A stretch of 64,000 nt of DNA from a virus, in IMG/VR virus record IMGVR_UViG_3300032309_000931, positions 29,876 through 93,875 of that record. The stretch is one strand, 5' to 3'. Every line of letters starts with the position of its first letter. Position 1 is the first letter of the stretch. Shown in pieces: positions 45,630 through 55,519 of the stretch. The position numbers were made by a program, and so were the translations under genes. Under the pieces are notes generated by a model, which did no database searches, had not been told where the DNA came from, and saw only the letters and a list, made by a program, of their open reading frames with translations.

Positions 45630-46331
45630 ATGTTAATTTTGGATTACGTTTATGTATGTCGCCCTGGTGCTAATGAAGAGTTAAGGTACTCGATTAGATC
45701 TACCGTTGCTAATTTACCACCTGGACGCATCTGGGTGGTTGGTGGCAAGCCAGACTGGTACACAGGAGACTATATCTATGTTAAGCAAACTGGTATGGGG
45801 CATCCCAATGTTTGGAAACAGTTAGAGGTTATCTGCAGAACAGAAGAGATAAGCGATGACTTTGTTCTAATGAATGATGACTTCTTTACTGTAAAGAAAT
45901 TAGACAAGGTTGAATACTTTTATTCTGGAACAATAGAGCAGGTGCTTGGAGACTATTCAGATTCAGGACAGACTAACTATGGATACCAAAGACTGTTTAG
46001 CAAAACGCAAAACTATTTAAGAAGAAGAGGCATCACAAGTCAGTTAGATTACGAACTGCACGTCCCTATGCCTATGAACAAGGCAAAGCTTCTTGAAGTA
46101 CTAAACTATAAGACATTGCACAGATCAACATATGGAAATGTCTACAATGTTGGTGGCACAAAGACTTATGATGTAAAGGTTTATAGCACTACAGAATTAA
46201 AAGGTAAGTTCTATGACCTTGTTAAAGAAGACTTAAACTATTTGTCTAGTCACGATTCAAACTTTGACTTCATCCTTGACTTTATTTTAAAGGATATGTT
46301 TCCAGATCCTTCTCCGTATGAGTCCCCCTAG
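45630..46331 (+). CDS. Stealth-like / glycosyltransferase-associated protein
   Basis: NEELRYSIRS, FVLMNDDFF, YELHVPMP. Confidence 0.55.
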   Translation: MLILDYVYVCRPGANEELRYSIRSTVANLPPGRIWVVGGKPDWYTGDYIYVKQTGMGHPNVWKQLEVICRTEEISDDFVLMNDDFFTVKKLDKVEYFYSGTIEQVLGDYSDSGQTNYGYQRLFSKTQNYLRRRGITSQLDYELHVPMPMNKAKLLEVLNYKTLHRSTYGNVYNVGGTKTYDVKVYSTTELKGKFYDLVKEDLNYLSSHDSNFDFILDFILKDMFPDPSPYESP

Positions 46332-46394
46332 AGAGATTCGAACTCCCGACCTGTAGGGTAGAAACCTATTGCTCTTCCGCTGAGCTATAGAGGG
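46323..46394 (-). tRNA. tRNA-Arg(TCT)
   Basis: CCCTCTA/TAGGGGG acceptor; loop TTTCTAC; GGGAG-TTCGAAT-CTCTC. Confidence 0.8.
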
Positions 46395-46410
46395 GTATTT
46401 AGTTGTAGCG

Positions 46411-46484
46411 TAGGGTGTGTGGGACTCGAACCCACGATCTCCGTGTTATGAGCACGATGCCTTAACCAGCTTGGCGAACACCCT
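46411..46484 (-). tRNA. tRNA-CAT (elongator Met or Ile2)
   Basis: AGGGTGT/ACACCCT acceptor; TCGTG-CTCATAA-CACGG. Confidence 0.85.
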
Positions 46485-46491
46485 GAGTATG

Positions 46492-47130
46492 CTAAAGACT
46501 GATAGCCTTAGCAAATACTACTCTAGATGCCATCTTAGATGCACTAATAATTGCTACTGGTGCAGCAACACTAAGAATTACACCTGCCCACATCTGAGGG
46601 TTAGTCCATTGGTATTGCCAAAAGTCTAGGGTATGGAATCCGTTAGCGGCAACTGCAATTGCACCGAACATAAACATACCCCAGAATGCACCCCCTGCTC
46701 GTTCAGGATTTCCATCTTCATCAATGCGAGACTTCAAGACAAGGTACGCAATGAGAAATAAGACATACATCAATTCAATAAAGAAGAAGAACAGTGTAGC
46801 CATCCAAGGTGCTGATAGCCCTACATACTCTGCTACTGCTGTGATACCGTTGAAAGATACTACAGCAGATGCAAAGAATGCAATTACAATACCAACTATC
46901 CAGGTCCAAAGAACAATTCCCTGGTCTACCTGGACCTTAGATGCACGTTTAGACTCTTGTCGTGAGTACAGTGCAAGCCTTGCCTTCTGAGCTTTTGATT
47001 GTGCATTCTGCTTTGTTGTCTTACGCCTTGTTCTTGTTGCCACCTGCTTGTCTTCAATTGTTGCAGGAATCACGATCTCAGGCTCATTACCAAAGTAAGA
47101 ACGTGGATAGCTATTGTCTGGTGTACTCAT
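46492..47130 (-). CDS. multi-TM membrane protein
   Basis: four hydrophobic segments. Confidence 0.65.
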   Translation of the reverse strand: MSTPDNSYPRSYFGNEPEIVIPATIEDKQVATRTRRKTTKQNAQSKAQKARLALYSRQESKRASKVQVDQGIVLWTWIVGIVIAFFASAVVSFNGITAVAEYVGLSAPWMATLFFFFIELMYVLFLIAYLVLKSRIDEDGNPERAGGAFWGMFMFGAIAVAANGFHTLDFWQYQWTNPQMWAGVILSVAAPVAIISASKMASRVVFAKAISL

Positions 47131-47137
47131 AGTATTA

Positions 47138-47839
47138 TTATACTCCTAATGAATTAAATGTTGCAGGGAATGCTTGTGCAGAAAGATTACGAACCGCCTT
47201 TGCATACTCCTGAATTTCTACCTGTGCATCGTGTCCAAGACGTTGATCAAGGAATGTCATAACTCCCTGAAGAGATACCGTCCAACGCCAGCGTACATAC
47301 ATACCATATGCAGGAAGAAATAGACGTGCTTGCTCTGGAGCAATTCCGTCTTCAAGTGCTGCGTGATACATCTCTAAACCAGATTCTATATATTGCTCTA
47401 GATAGTTAGTGTGAATGCTTCCAACATATTCATCTAATGGTTCACCGCTACCCTGCTTGCTATTCTCTGGCTTGCTACGCCATTGTCTAAAGTTTGGCAC
47501 ATAGAACTCTTCATCCTCAGTAACGTAACGCCTTGAGGACTCGTTCCAACCATTCTGATCGTCTACGTGGGTAGATGATACTGCATACTTCCACCATTGA
47601 CGTGCAACAAAGAGTGGTGCATAAACCTCAAATGTTAGAGCAGCGTGGCGAAATGGACTTGTATGCCCCTCACGAACAAGGAATTCTAAAAGCTTTGCAT
47701 CTTTTTCATTAAAGCCTTCGGACTCTTTGTCATAGGATACACGAGCAGCATTAACTACAGATGTATCATTACCAAGTTGATCAACGAGGCGAACATATCC
47801 TTTGTCAAGTACGCTGATCTTAATCTTCTTCACCTTCAA
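47138..47839 (-). CDS. thyX: flavin-dependent thymidylate synthase
   Basis: VVNAARVSY, GHTSPF.H, FVARQW, NESSRRY, EQAR..LP, AQ.EI..YA. Confidence 0.9.
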   Translation of the reverse strand: MKVKKIKISVLDKGYVRLVDQLGNDTSVVNAARVSYDKESEGFNEKDAKLLEFLVREGHTSPFRHAALTFEVYAPLFVARQWWKYAVSSTHVDDQNGWNESSRRYVTEDEEFYVPNFRQWRSKPENSKQGSGEPLDEYVGSIHTNYLEQYIESGLEMYHAALEDGIAPEQARLFLPAYGMYVRWRWTVSLQGVMTFLDQRLGHDAQVEIQEYAKAVRNLSAQAFPATFNSLGV

Positions 47840-48113
47840 TTACTGCAATAATGTCGTTATATGAAATGATTACATAGTCTGTGTCTTCGTGTCGAACTTC
47901 TGTACCGCTGTACTTTGCAAAGATTATCTTCTGCCCTACCTCAAGTGGGATGGGTACGTGTACGCCATTCTTAGTTGTGACACCTGTTCCTACAGCAACG
48001 ACAATAGCCTCTTGTGGCTTTTCCTTGTCCCCTGTGATGATAATGCCAGACTTAGTTACCTGAGCATCTTCGATAGTCTTAATAGCTACCTTGTCTTCTA
48101 GTGGTTGAATCAT
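47820..48113 (-). CDS. groES: co-chaperonin GroES
   Basis: IQPLEDKV, TKSGII, KEKPQEA.VVAVG.G, FAKYSGTEV, DIIAVI. Confidence 0.92.
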   Translation of the reverse strand: MIQPLEDKVAIKTIEDAQVTKSGIIITGDKEKPQEAIVVAVGTGVTTKNGVHVPIPLEVGQKIIFAKYSGTEVRHEDTDYVIISYNDIIAVIEGEED

Positions 48114-48319
48114 TAGTACCCTTCCTCGTGGTTAATACCGTGCTTTTCGTCGATGTATTTGTGAATCTTGCGTAAAGCAACAGCTTTTGAAATTGCATAT
48201 CCAGCAATTAGAAATACGGCATTCCAGAAAAACTCTGCTGCCATATGCTCTATGCCAAACGTAATCTCAATGATTGTGCTAAGAAGGCTCTCGCCCTCCT
48301 CTGCGTGTTCGTCGTGCAT
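48113..48319 (-). CDS. small membrane protein
   Basis: one TM; AGGAGA RBS. Confidence 0.6.
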   Translation of the reverse strand: MHDEHAEEGESLLSTIIEITFGIEHMAAEFFWNAVFLIAGYAISKAVALRKIHKYIDEKHGINHEEGY

Positions 48320-48333
48320 TGTCTCTCCTAATG

Positions 48334-49026
48334 CTACATTGTTGTATTTCTATTGTACAGGCTATCCTTAATTTTGTCAACCTCAAGTACGCTTTCAACA
48401 TATTCAAATATTTTGTTTGGACCAGAAGTAATTACTTCTAAAAGACCCTTAAGGTGTCCAGCGTTTTTAAGATCAAAGGCAAGATTATGCCCATATCCAT
48501 CTCCAAAATTAAAAATATACTGTGGATACTTATGTAAAAATCTTACATCATTTACATCGTTAGTAGAAACAAACAGGTAGTATTTTTTACCGTGTATACT
48601 TAAACAATCATTTATTGTAGGATGAATCCACTTCTTTATCCTTGTTGCATATGGGGCATACTCTGAGTCACGTACCACTCTTGGGTGAATAGAAAATTGA
48701 GGATTAAATGCAACTACATACCTAGTATTTAAGTATTGTGCAGATAAAACACTATTTGTTCCCCCCATAGATACCCCAATTGAGTAAGACTCTTTATCTT
48801 TTATTATATTGTTAACAATTTCAGATATAGATTTCCAGTCAAGCCTGTTGCCCCAAGAGCTTTTCTTGTCCATTATAAATATAACGCTAAATATTTTTGA
48901 TAAAGAATAAAAGTCTAAAGTTTCAGGACTATTCATTCCTAAGCTATTAAAACAAATAAAAATAATGTCAGTATTCTTATTTATAAAAAATATGCTTGTT
49001 GTCTTATTATCTAGCAGTGTTTCCAT
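48334..49026 (-). CDS. alpha/beta hydrolase-like protein
   Basis: GVSMGG nucleophile elbow, FNPQ, C-terminal GH; markedly AT-rich. Confidence 0.6.
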   Translation of the reverse strand: METLLDNKTTSIFFINKNTDIIFICFNSLGMNSPETLDFYSLSKIFSVIFIMDKKSSWGNRLDWKSISEIVNNIIKDKESYSIGVSMGGTNSVLSAQYLNTRYVVAFNPQFSIHPRVVRDSEYAPYATRIKKWIHPTINDCLSIHGKKYYLFVSTNDVNDVRFLHKYPQYIFNFGDGYGHNLAFDLKNAGHLKGLLEVITSGPNKIFEYVESVLEVDKIKDSLYNRNTTM

Positions 49027-49036
49027 AAAAGTATGT

Positions 49037-50164
49037 TTAGGAAGCTCTGAGGGTGTTCATTCTGTGGGAAACAATTGTGTCCGTTGGCTTTCCATCACGG
49101 TATAAACGAATGACTGCAGCAGGATTATCTGGTGTACCATTAATGGTTACGTCAGTTCCTGGAACATTGTATGATCCATTACGAATAATTCTGGTAATCT
49201 TTCCTGTTGCTCTACCGCCAGAAGAATTCCAGCTAACCATAGAGCCAACGCCGATTGCCTTGACTACCATTCTTTGTGACTTGGTGTAATCTTTACCAAA
49301 ATCAGCAAACAATGCTTTATCTCTCATACGCTCAACGATACCTCGTGACCAAGAGAATCCTGCATCTCCCCCCCAAGCGTCCCACATAATGCGACCATTG
49401 CTAGGGTTAGCGGTGTTGTTAAAGTCTTTGCCCTTCTTGTCTACCTCGTGGCGTGAGAAGAATGAGAACATACGTCTAACTACACTGAGAGACATTGCTC
49501 TTCCTGCTACGATGTCGGATGCTCTACCCCAACCAACTGGAGTACCTGCACCTGTAGCCTTACCATCTTCTTTCCACTTAAGAGCACGACGTGCAGCAGC
49601 CTTCATACCACCTGTTGGGCTAAAAGTCTCTGCCTTAAACATCATATCCATTTCTTCGTCTTCTTCACTCATAGAGTGTCCCTGTAGTTCGTCAAGGACT
49701 GTAGCATCTTGGTACATCATACCAATGCTGTATGCTGTCTCTTGCCACATACCCTGGTCCTCTTCTTCAAAAACTCTAACAGACATTGCTGGGTTTTCTG
49801 GTGGCATAGACTCTATGGCATACTCTGTACCTGGTTCTCCAAGAGTTCCGCCTTCCCACATTATGTGCTCAACACGTCCGTGGACCACACCCTCTGTAGT
49901 CATTCCCATCACGTAGTCACCTTCTTTAATGTGACCATCTTTTTTCATTTCATTACGATGGCGACCCATACGTTCGTCTTCTTCATCATCCATTCCAGAA
50001 TGTCCAGATTTTGGATCGATGTTGCCCTCACTAACATTGATGGCATAAATTTGATTAGCAGCTTCTTCAGCTGTCTTGTGGCAACCCATTACTGTTCCGT
50101 CGTCTTTAACGGCTGGGTAACCTGAGCAACCGTAAGACCCTTTTTCTCCAACGCTATATGGCAT
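49037..50164 (-). CDS. multidomain phage protein (head-associated-type domain, DUF2945-like C-terminus)
   Basis: GCH.T..EA..Q..A; A.RAL.W..GTPVG..RA..L..V.RM.SFFSRH..W..WGGD.G..W; VGSMVSWNSSGG.A.G.I. Confidence 0.5.
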   Translation of the reverse strand: MPYSVGEKGSYGCSGYPAVKDDGTVMGCHKTAEEAANQIYAINVSEGNIDPKSGHSGMDDEEDERMGRHRNEMKKDGHIKEGDYVMGMTTEGVVHGRVEHIMWEGGTLGEPGTEYAIESMPPENPAMSVRVFEEEDQGMWQETAYSIGMMYQDATVLDELQGHSMSEEDEEMDMMFKAETFSPTGGMKAAARRALKWKEDGKATGAGTPVGWGRASDIVAGRAMSLSVVRRMFSFFSRHEVDKKGKDFNNTANPSNGRIMWDAWGGDAGFSWSRGIVERMRDKALFADFGKDYTKSQRMVVKAIGVGSMVSWNSSGGRATGKITRIIRNGSYNVPGTDVTINGTPDNPAAVIRLYRDGKPTDTIVSHRMNTLRAS

Positions 50165-50192
50165 ACAAATATTATATCACAAAAAAAATAGA

Positions 50193-50274
50193 GTTCCTCA
50201 CACCGAAATCCGCTGCAGTTAGCCACGGTCTTATAATTTGGGTAACTAGTCCATCCTAAGATAGTGTGAGGAAC
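50193..50274 (-). ncRNA. candidate standalone structured ncRNA (~82 nt)
   Basis: 11-bp terminal stem GTTCCTCACAC/GTGTGAGGAAC, TATACT 6 nt upstream, T8 tract downstream. Confidence 0.55.
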
Positions 50275-50329
50275 ACTTATAGTATACACCACAATATGAT
50301 AAAATAGAACTACAACAGAAGAGGTTATT

Positions 50330-51283
50330 TTGGCAAAGATTACATTCTTGGGAAACTTCCAGGTAGAGTTTAGTAGTGAGAATCATCACGCAAAATCATT
50401 AGAGGCACTGGGTCATACCGTAGTTAAGTTCCAAGAGGGACGAGGCACTACAATGGGCAAGGTGTTTCGTGAAGCATCAACATCTGACCTGTTTGTTTGG
50501 GTTCATACTCACGGATGGAATACTCCTGGTCAGGAAAGAGTAGATATTCTTAGAGAATTAAAGTATGCTGGAGTCCCCACTATGACTTATCATTTAGATT
50601 TATGGTTTGGTCTTAAGCGTCAGAATGATCTTCAGGATGATCCGTTTTATAAAAATATTGGTCACTTCTTTGCAACAGATAAACTTATGGCTGATTGGTT
50701 TAATGAAAACACTGCGGTCAAAGGGCATTTTCTTCCTGCTGGTGTCTTTGGTCCTGAGTGTTATTTGCATTCAGACTATGACGGTACATTTGATTATGAT
50801 GTTATTTTTGTTGGTAGCAAGAACTATCATCCTGAGTACCCATATCGTCCACAATTAGTAAGCTTTCTGCGTGAAACATACGGCGATAGGTTCTTGCACG
50901 TTGGTGGAGACGGAGACACAGGAGTTGTGAGAGGCGACGATCTTAATCGTATCTATGCTCGTAGCAAGATTGCAATTGGTGACACACTTAACCTTAACTT
51001 TAACTATCCCTATTACTCTTCAGATAGATTATTTGAGTCTACTGGTCGTGGTGGCTTTACTATCTACCCCAACATTCTTGGGCTTGACGCTTTCTTTAAA
51101 GACAAAGAGGAAATTGTTTTCTATGAGCACGGAGATCTAAAGGATCTAAAGACAAAGATAGATTATTATCTTGAGCACAATGAAGAGCGAGAAGCAATTA
51201 GACTTGCTGGACACAAACGTGCGAAGAACGAACACACCTATCTAAATAGGTGGGATACAATTATTAAGGAGCTTGGGCTATGA
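50330..51283 (+). CDS. glycosyltransferase (GT-B, CgeB-like)
   Basis: DVIFVGS, Y..SKI..G, SDRLFE..G.GGF, I...GH.R...EHTY..R. Confidence 0.8.
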   Translation: MAKITFLGNFQVEFSSENHHAKSLEALGHTVVKFQEGRGTTMGKVFREASTSDLFVWVHTHGWNTPGQERVDILRELKYAGVPTMTYHLDLWFGLKRQNDLQDDPFYKNIGHFFATDKLMADWFNENTAVKGHFLPAGVFGPECYLHSDYDGTFDYDVIFVGSKNYHPEYPYRPQLVSFLRETYGDRFLHVGGDGDTGVVRGDDLNRIYARSKIAIGDTLNLNFNYPYYSSDRLFESTGRGGFTIYPNILGLDAFFKDKEEIVFYEHGDLKDLKTKIDYYLEHNEEREAIRLAGHKRAKNEHTYLNRWDTIIKELGL

Positions 51284-51972
51284 AATATGTTGCTTGTCTT
51301 CCTTTCAAAGTAAAGGAATTTCGTGACGAGTTTATAAAAACTTGTAAGTTTGATAGTTTGTTAGAAGTGGATAACACTGAAAATAACATTGGCATTATGG
51401 CAAGTTATAATTTAGGAATACAAAAAATGTACGCTGAGGATGCAGACTGGCTAATTGCTATGAGTGCTGCAATTAGATTTGGAGAACCTGGTGGACTTGA
51501 TGCTATCGAATATCTAAAAAACACAGAATATAAAATTGTTGAAGGGGCTGAACTGTATGGTTGGCACTTCATTGCTTTTCACCGTAGTATAATAGATGCA
51601 GTTGGAGAATGGGACACTAATTTTACTCCATATGGTTACGACGATATAGACTTTAGCATCAGAATACAAAAGTTATTTAAAGACTCGCACCCTGGAGACT
51701 ATGGATCATTCCTATGGACAAAACAAAAATTTGATATTTCTGACACTATTATGGCACATAGCATTAAAGTAGGTGGACTAACATCATCTCCTGAGCACGA
51801 AGAGGCTTTGAGACAATACTTTGAGGCTAAGTGGGGTCTTCCACCAGGTCAGGGATCTATAGATGATGTTTATGATTATCCATTTAATGATTCAAGCAAC
51901 AGCCTTAAGTATTTTCCAAAAGACGAAAGTGAACAATATCATATATCAAATTTTGAAAAGAAGGCAAATTGA
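51280..51972 (+). CDS. glycosyltransferase family 2-like
   Basis: N.GI.AS.N.G, VGEWD.NF.PYGYDD.DF..R. Confidence 0.7.
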   Translation: MKYVACLPFKVKEFRDEFIKTCKFDSLLEVDNTENNIGIMASYNLGIQKMYAEDADWLIAMSAAIRFGEPGGLDAIEYLKNTEYKIVEGAELYGWHFIAFHRSIIDAVGEWDTNFTPYGYDDIDFSIRIQKLFKDSHPGDYGSFLWTKQKFDISDTIMAHSIKVGGLTSSPEHEEALRQYFEAKWGLPPGQGSIDDVYDYPFNDSSNSLKYFPKDESEQYHISNFEKKAN

Positions 51973-52814
51973 TAGCCTACTCTTTTACTCCAAAAGGAAA
52001 AGGCTTCCCAGACGATAAGTGGGACTTTGGATTTTTGCAAGAAGCTTTTACAAGAAACGATGTAGAGGTTGTTAAGGTAAGCAAACTTCCAGAGGCAGAC
52101 AGAGCATTTGTAGTAGTGCCTGGTTTTGAATGGACTGGTCTTGAAGATGTTCTTAATGAGAATCTATCTAGAATTAAAAGACTTGTTTTGTTTGTTACAG
52201 CAGATGAACTTGGTGTATTTGGTATTGATAAGATCTCTCACCCTAATGCGGAGATTTGGATTCAATACCCCTACCCTCGCCACCAAGCATATAACAAGCT
52301 ACCACTCGGAGTTCCAAATCACAAGGACAACGTTATTCCAGACTACCCAGAAAAAACAATAGATGTTTACTTTGCTGGTCAGGTAACGCACCAACGTAGG
52401 CAACAGCTTGCACAAGCATTAAAGAAGCTTCCAAACGCCTTGTATAGGCTTACAGAGGGCTTTACACAAGGTGAGACACCAAAGGACTACTACAAGATGT
52501 TAGCTTCTGCCAGATTTGCTCCTGCTCCTGCTGGTAACGCTACGATTGATTCGTTTAGATTTTATGAAGGATTAGAGATGTTGGCTTTACCAATTGCTGA
52601 CAAGGTAAGTAGTGTTGGTGAAGCATACGGATTCTGGGAGATTCTATTTAAAGATATGCCAATACAACAGGTTACTGACTGGAACAAGCTTAGACTTCTT
52701 ATCCCAGATTTACTAAATGATTATCCAGCCAATATGCATAGAGCTGTTTCTTGGTGGATCAAGCAAAAGAGAGATTTTGCATATAAGATAATGGAGCAAA
52801 TAAATGAACATTAA
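51969..52814 (+). CDS. glycosyltransferase (GT47/exostosin-like)
   Basis: DVYFAGQ..H.RR, Y...L.SARF.PAP.G...DSFRFYE.LE. Confidence 0.7.
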   Translation: MIAYSFTPKGKGFPDDKWDFGFLQEAFTRNDVEVVKVSKLPEADRAFVVVPGFEWTGLEDVLNENLSRIKRLVLFVTADELGVFGIDKISHPNAEIWIQYPYPRHQAYNKLPLGVPNHKDNVIPDYPEKTIDVYFAGQVTHQRRQQLAQALKKLPNALYRLTEGFTQGETPKDYYKMLASARFAPAPAGNATIDSFRFYEGLEMLALPIADKVSSVGEAYGFWEILFKDMPIQQVTDWNKLRLLIPDLLNDYPANMHRAVSWWIKQKRDFAYKIMEQINEH

Positions 52815-53541
52815 AGATATCACAGTTGTTATACCTACATCTGTTATTCCAAGTCATCCAAGTACTGAAATTATTGAAGAGACAATTAATACTATTCGTG
52901 TACATCTTCCAAACAATGAAATCATAATTCAGATCGATGGATTGCGTGATGAAAGATTAGATTGGAAAGAAAGATATGATGAATATAAAAATAGAATATT
53001 GTGGAAATGTTTGCACGAATGGAAAAATGTTTTACCAGTAATATTTGATGAACATTTACATCAAACAGATATGATGAGACAAACAATAGATTTAATTAAA
53101 ACTCCAGCATTGCTTTACGTTGAGTCCGATACTCCACTTACGCCAGATCTTTCTATAGATTGGCAATCGTGCCTTGATATGCTTGATTCTGGAAAAGCAA
53201 ACACAATTAGATTTCATTTTGAGTCTATAATTCCTGATCCACATCAACACCTTATGCTAGGTGTACAAGATGGTTTTATGAAAACTATACAGTGGAGTCA
53301 ACGTCCCCACCTTAGCACTGTTCCTTATTATCGAAAAACTGTGCTAGGCAATGTTCCAGAAAAAACCTTTATAGAAGATACCTTTCACGGATACGTGCAA
53401 GACAGACCTTGGGAACGTAATAAACTTTGGATATACTATCCAGACAATGGCAACAACATTAAACGATCCTACCATCTTGACGGACGAGCTGGCACAAGAA
53501 AATTTACATCTGATGATCTTAGTTGGGAGTATACAGAATGA
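52804..53541 (+). CDS. glycosyltransferase family 2-like
   Basis: ITVVIPT, IDG, LLYVESD. Confidence 0.65.
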   Translation: MNIKDITVVIPTSVIPSHPSTEIIEETINTIRVHLPNNEIIIQIDGLRDERLDWKERYDEYKNRILWKCLHEWKNVLPVIFDEHLHQTDMMRQTIDLIKTPALLYVESDTPLTPDLSIDWQSCLDMLDSGKANTIRFHFESIIPDPHQHLMLGVQDGFMKTIQWSQRPHLSTVPYYRKTVLGNVPEKTFIEDTFHGYVQDRPWERNKLWIYYPDNGNNIKRSYHLDGRAGTRKFTSDDLSWEYTE

Positions 53542-54572
53542 AACTAGGAATGATAGTAAGAGCAGACAACACTGGTCTGGGTAATCAAACATATGAATTA
53601 ACACAGATGTTAAATCCCCACAAAATTATGATTATTGATTTTACAGATTATAATGGTAACCAACAGCACTTTGATTGGTATGCAGAACGTGACTACACAA
53701 TATGCAGAGGCTTCCCGACTGATGAAGAAATGAACAGTTTTCTAGACGAGATAGATGTTTTATTAAGTTGTGAAACATTTTATAATGACGAGACTCCAGA
53801 CTTAGCAAGAAAGAAAAATGTAAAAACATTTTTGCAATACAATTACGAGCTATTTGGAAACTTAAAAAGAGAAAAGAAACCACTGGCAAATGTCCTACTT
53901 TCTCCAAGTCCCTGGATGATTGAGAAAGTACACAAAAGATTTTCTAACCAAGCAGTGGTACTTCACCTTCCACCACCTACAAGACCAGAACTGTTTGAGA
54001 ATGCTTTAGAGGTTAACTCTTCAAAGGATCATAAGAGGATCCTGCATATTGCTGGCAAAGCGGCAGCAAATGATCGAAATGGAACAGAGAGTGTACTTGA
54101 GATGATGAGGCATTCTAAGGCAGATTTTGAATTAGTCATAAAGAGTCAGACACCAATCGATAGCAAAAGGCTAGACTCACGAATCACTGTTGAGATTGAC
54201 AATGTAAAAGATAGACAAGATATGTATACTGGTTTTGACGGTATGGTTCTTCCTAGAAGGTATGCTGGTTTATGTTTACCTATGAACGAAGCTTTGCTTA
54301 GTGGTCTACCAGTTTTTATGACAGATATTTCTCCAAATAACATTACCCTTCCAAAAGAGTGGTTAACTGTTTCTGAAGAGCTTGGTATAATGAGACTAGC
54401 TTCTCCTATTATTTATTACGACGTTGATGCAAGAAAACTTGCAGAAAAAATTGACGCATATGTAAACTTAAAAGATAAGAGTTTTGAAAAGCAACGTGCT
54501 TTTAATATTGGACACAAGTTGTTTGCACCAGAATTATTAAAGTCTAAATACTTACAGATTTTAGGGCAATAA
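53538..54572 (+). CDS. glycosyltransferase family 4
   Basis: D.TGLG.QT, LPRRY.GLCLP..EAL..G.PV..TD. Confidence 0.8.
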   Translation: MKLGMIVRADNTGLGNQTYELTQMLNPHKIMIIDFTDYNGNQQHFDWYAERDYTICRGFPTDEEMNSFLDEIDVLLSCETFYNDETPDLARKKNVKTFLQYNYELFGNLKREKKPLANVLLSPSPWMIEKVHKRFSNQAVVLHLPPPTRPELFENALEVNSSKDHKRILHIAGKAAANDRNGTESVLEMMRHSKADFELVIKSQTPIDSKRLDSRITVEIDNVKDRQDMYTGFDGMVLPRRYAGLCLPMNEALLSGLPVFMTDISPNNITLPKEWLTVSEELGIMRLASPIIYYDVDARKLAEKIDAYVNLKDKSFEKQRAFNIGHKLFAPELLKSKYLQILGQ

Positions 54573-54602
54573 AAAGTGGGCTACCGAAATAGCCCACCTC
54601 TT
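54572..54602. terminator. bidirectional terminator
   Basis: AAAAA GTGGGCTA-CCGAAA-TAGCCCAC CTCTT between convergent genes. Confidence 0.7.
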
Positions 54603-54611
54603 AATATTTAG

Positions 54612-54854
54612 CTACTTCTTTGCAGCTGGCTTCTTAGCTGTCTTTGCTGCTGTAGCAACATCATCAGCCGACGGAAGACGACCAAAAGCTGGGTCGTTGG
54701 GGTTGACGTAACGGATAATTACTGGCAACAGTGCAGCCCAGAGTGCGTTAGCAAGCTGTGAGGGATCGGTAACCCCTGCAGCATAGAGTGCGATTCCAGC
54801 AGCCAATAGGCTACGTCCATACGATGCAAGTAGTGCGACTAATTGCTTATTCAT
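54612..54854 (-). CDS. putative holin
   Basis: two TMs, RYVNPND.AFG, basic C-tail; AAGGAG RBS. Confidence 0.55.
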   Translation of the reverse strand: MNKQLVALLASYGRSLLAAGIALYAAGVTDPSQLANALWAALLPVIIRYVNPNDPAFGRLPSADDVATAAKTAKKPAAKK

Positions 54855-55269
54855 TGTTTTCTCCTTGTTTGTTTTCTTCAGGTAAAAGTTTTTGTAGTTC
54901 ACGGTATGCGGTTAGAATATCTTCTAGACCTTCAGCGTGTGGACTACCAATTACCCTGCCATATTTGTCAAAATACTCAAGTCGTGGACCTGCGTTTTCA
55001 ACAAAGCTATTTAGACCGTTTTGAACTGTTTCAATATATTCAAAAGCCCAGTCTCTTGATTCAGATAGAAATCTTACAAACCCTTCAGTCTGTTCGATAT
55101 TTTTATCTAAATGTTTTGCTTCTATTTTTTCTGCAATCTCTTGGTTATCAATAAAAGCTTGAATGAGTCTTTCTGCAATAGCCTTCGATATGAGTCTTTG
55201 TCTAATCAACATTGCAAATAGTATAATTACTAATACTGACAGCGTTGCAATTGAGATTATTTCTATCAC
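54847..55269 (-). CDS. membrane-anchored hypothetical protein
   Basis: N-terminal TM; F..FLSESRDWAFEYIE.VQ. Confidence 0.6.
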   Translation of the reverse strand: MIEIISIATLSVLVIILFAMLIRQRLISKAIAERLIQAFIDNQEIAEKIEAKHLDKNIEQTEGFVRFLSESRDWAFEYIETVQNGLNSFVENAGPRLEYFDKYGRVIGSPHAEGLEDILTAYRELQKLLPEENKQGENNE

Positions 55270-55511
55270 TGCTGTACTGCCCTTCTTGTTAATTGAACAA
55301 TTGCACCATTGTCTTCTAGTGCAGATTTTACTCTTACCATATATTCTACAGCAGCACGTTTGTCTGTGTCAAGTAGTTTCATAAATTTAATTTCATCCGC
55401 TACCAACTCAATCCAACTAATGCCTTCAGTATTATGCTCAATAATATCTAGACCAAATCCCTTTGGTGCAGTAATTGAATGAACGGCACGTTTCATTTCA
55501 TCTGTATACAC
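55266..55511 (-). CDS. hypothetical protein
   Basis: AGGAGG RBS, GTG start. Confidence 0.65.
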   Translation of the reverse strand: MYTDEMKRAVHSITAPKGFGLDIIEHNTEGISWIELVADEIKFMKLLDTDKRAAVEYMVRVKSALEDNGAIVQLTRRAVQQ

Positions 55512-55519
55512 AATACCTC

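Noticed and set aside
46323-46394. Amber suppressor tRNA (CTA) or recoded genome
   Set aside because: Stem register places TCT at 34-36, and TAG is used as a normal stop in many genes
47138-48113. thyX and groES as a sign of host chromosome or prophage flank
   Set aside because: Embedded among phage-type genes, no groEL, and both are known phage-borne auxiliary genes
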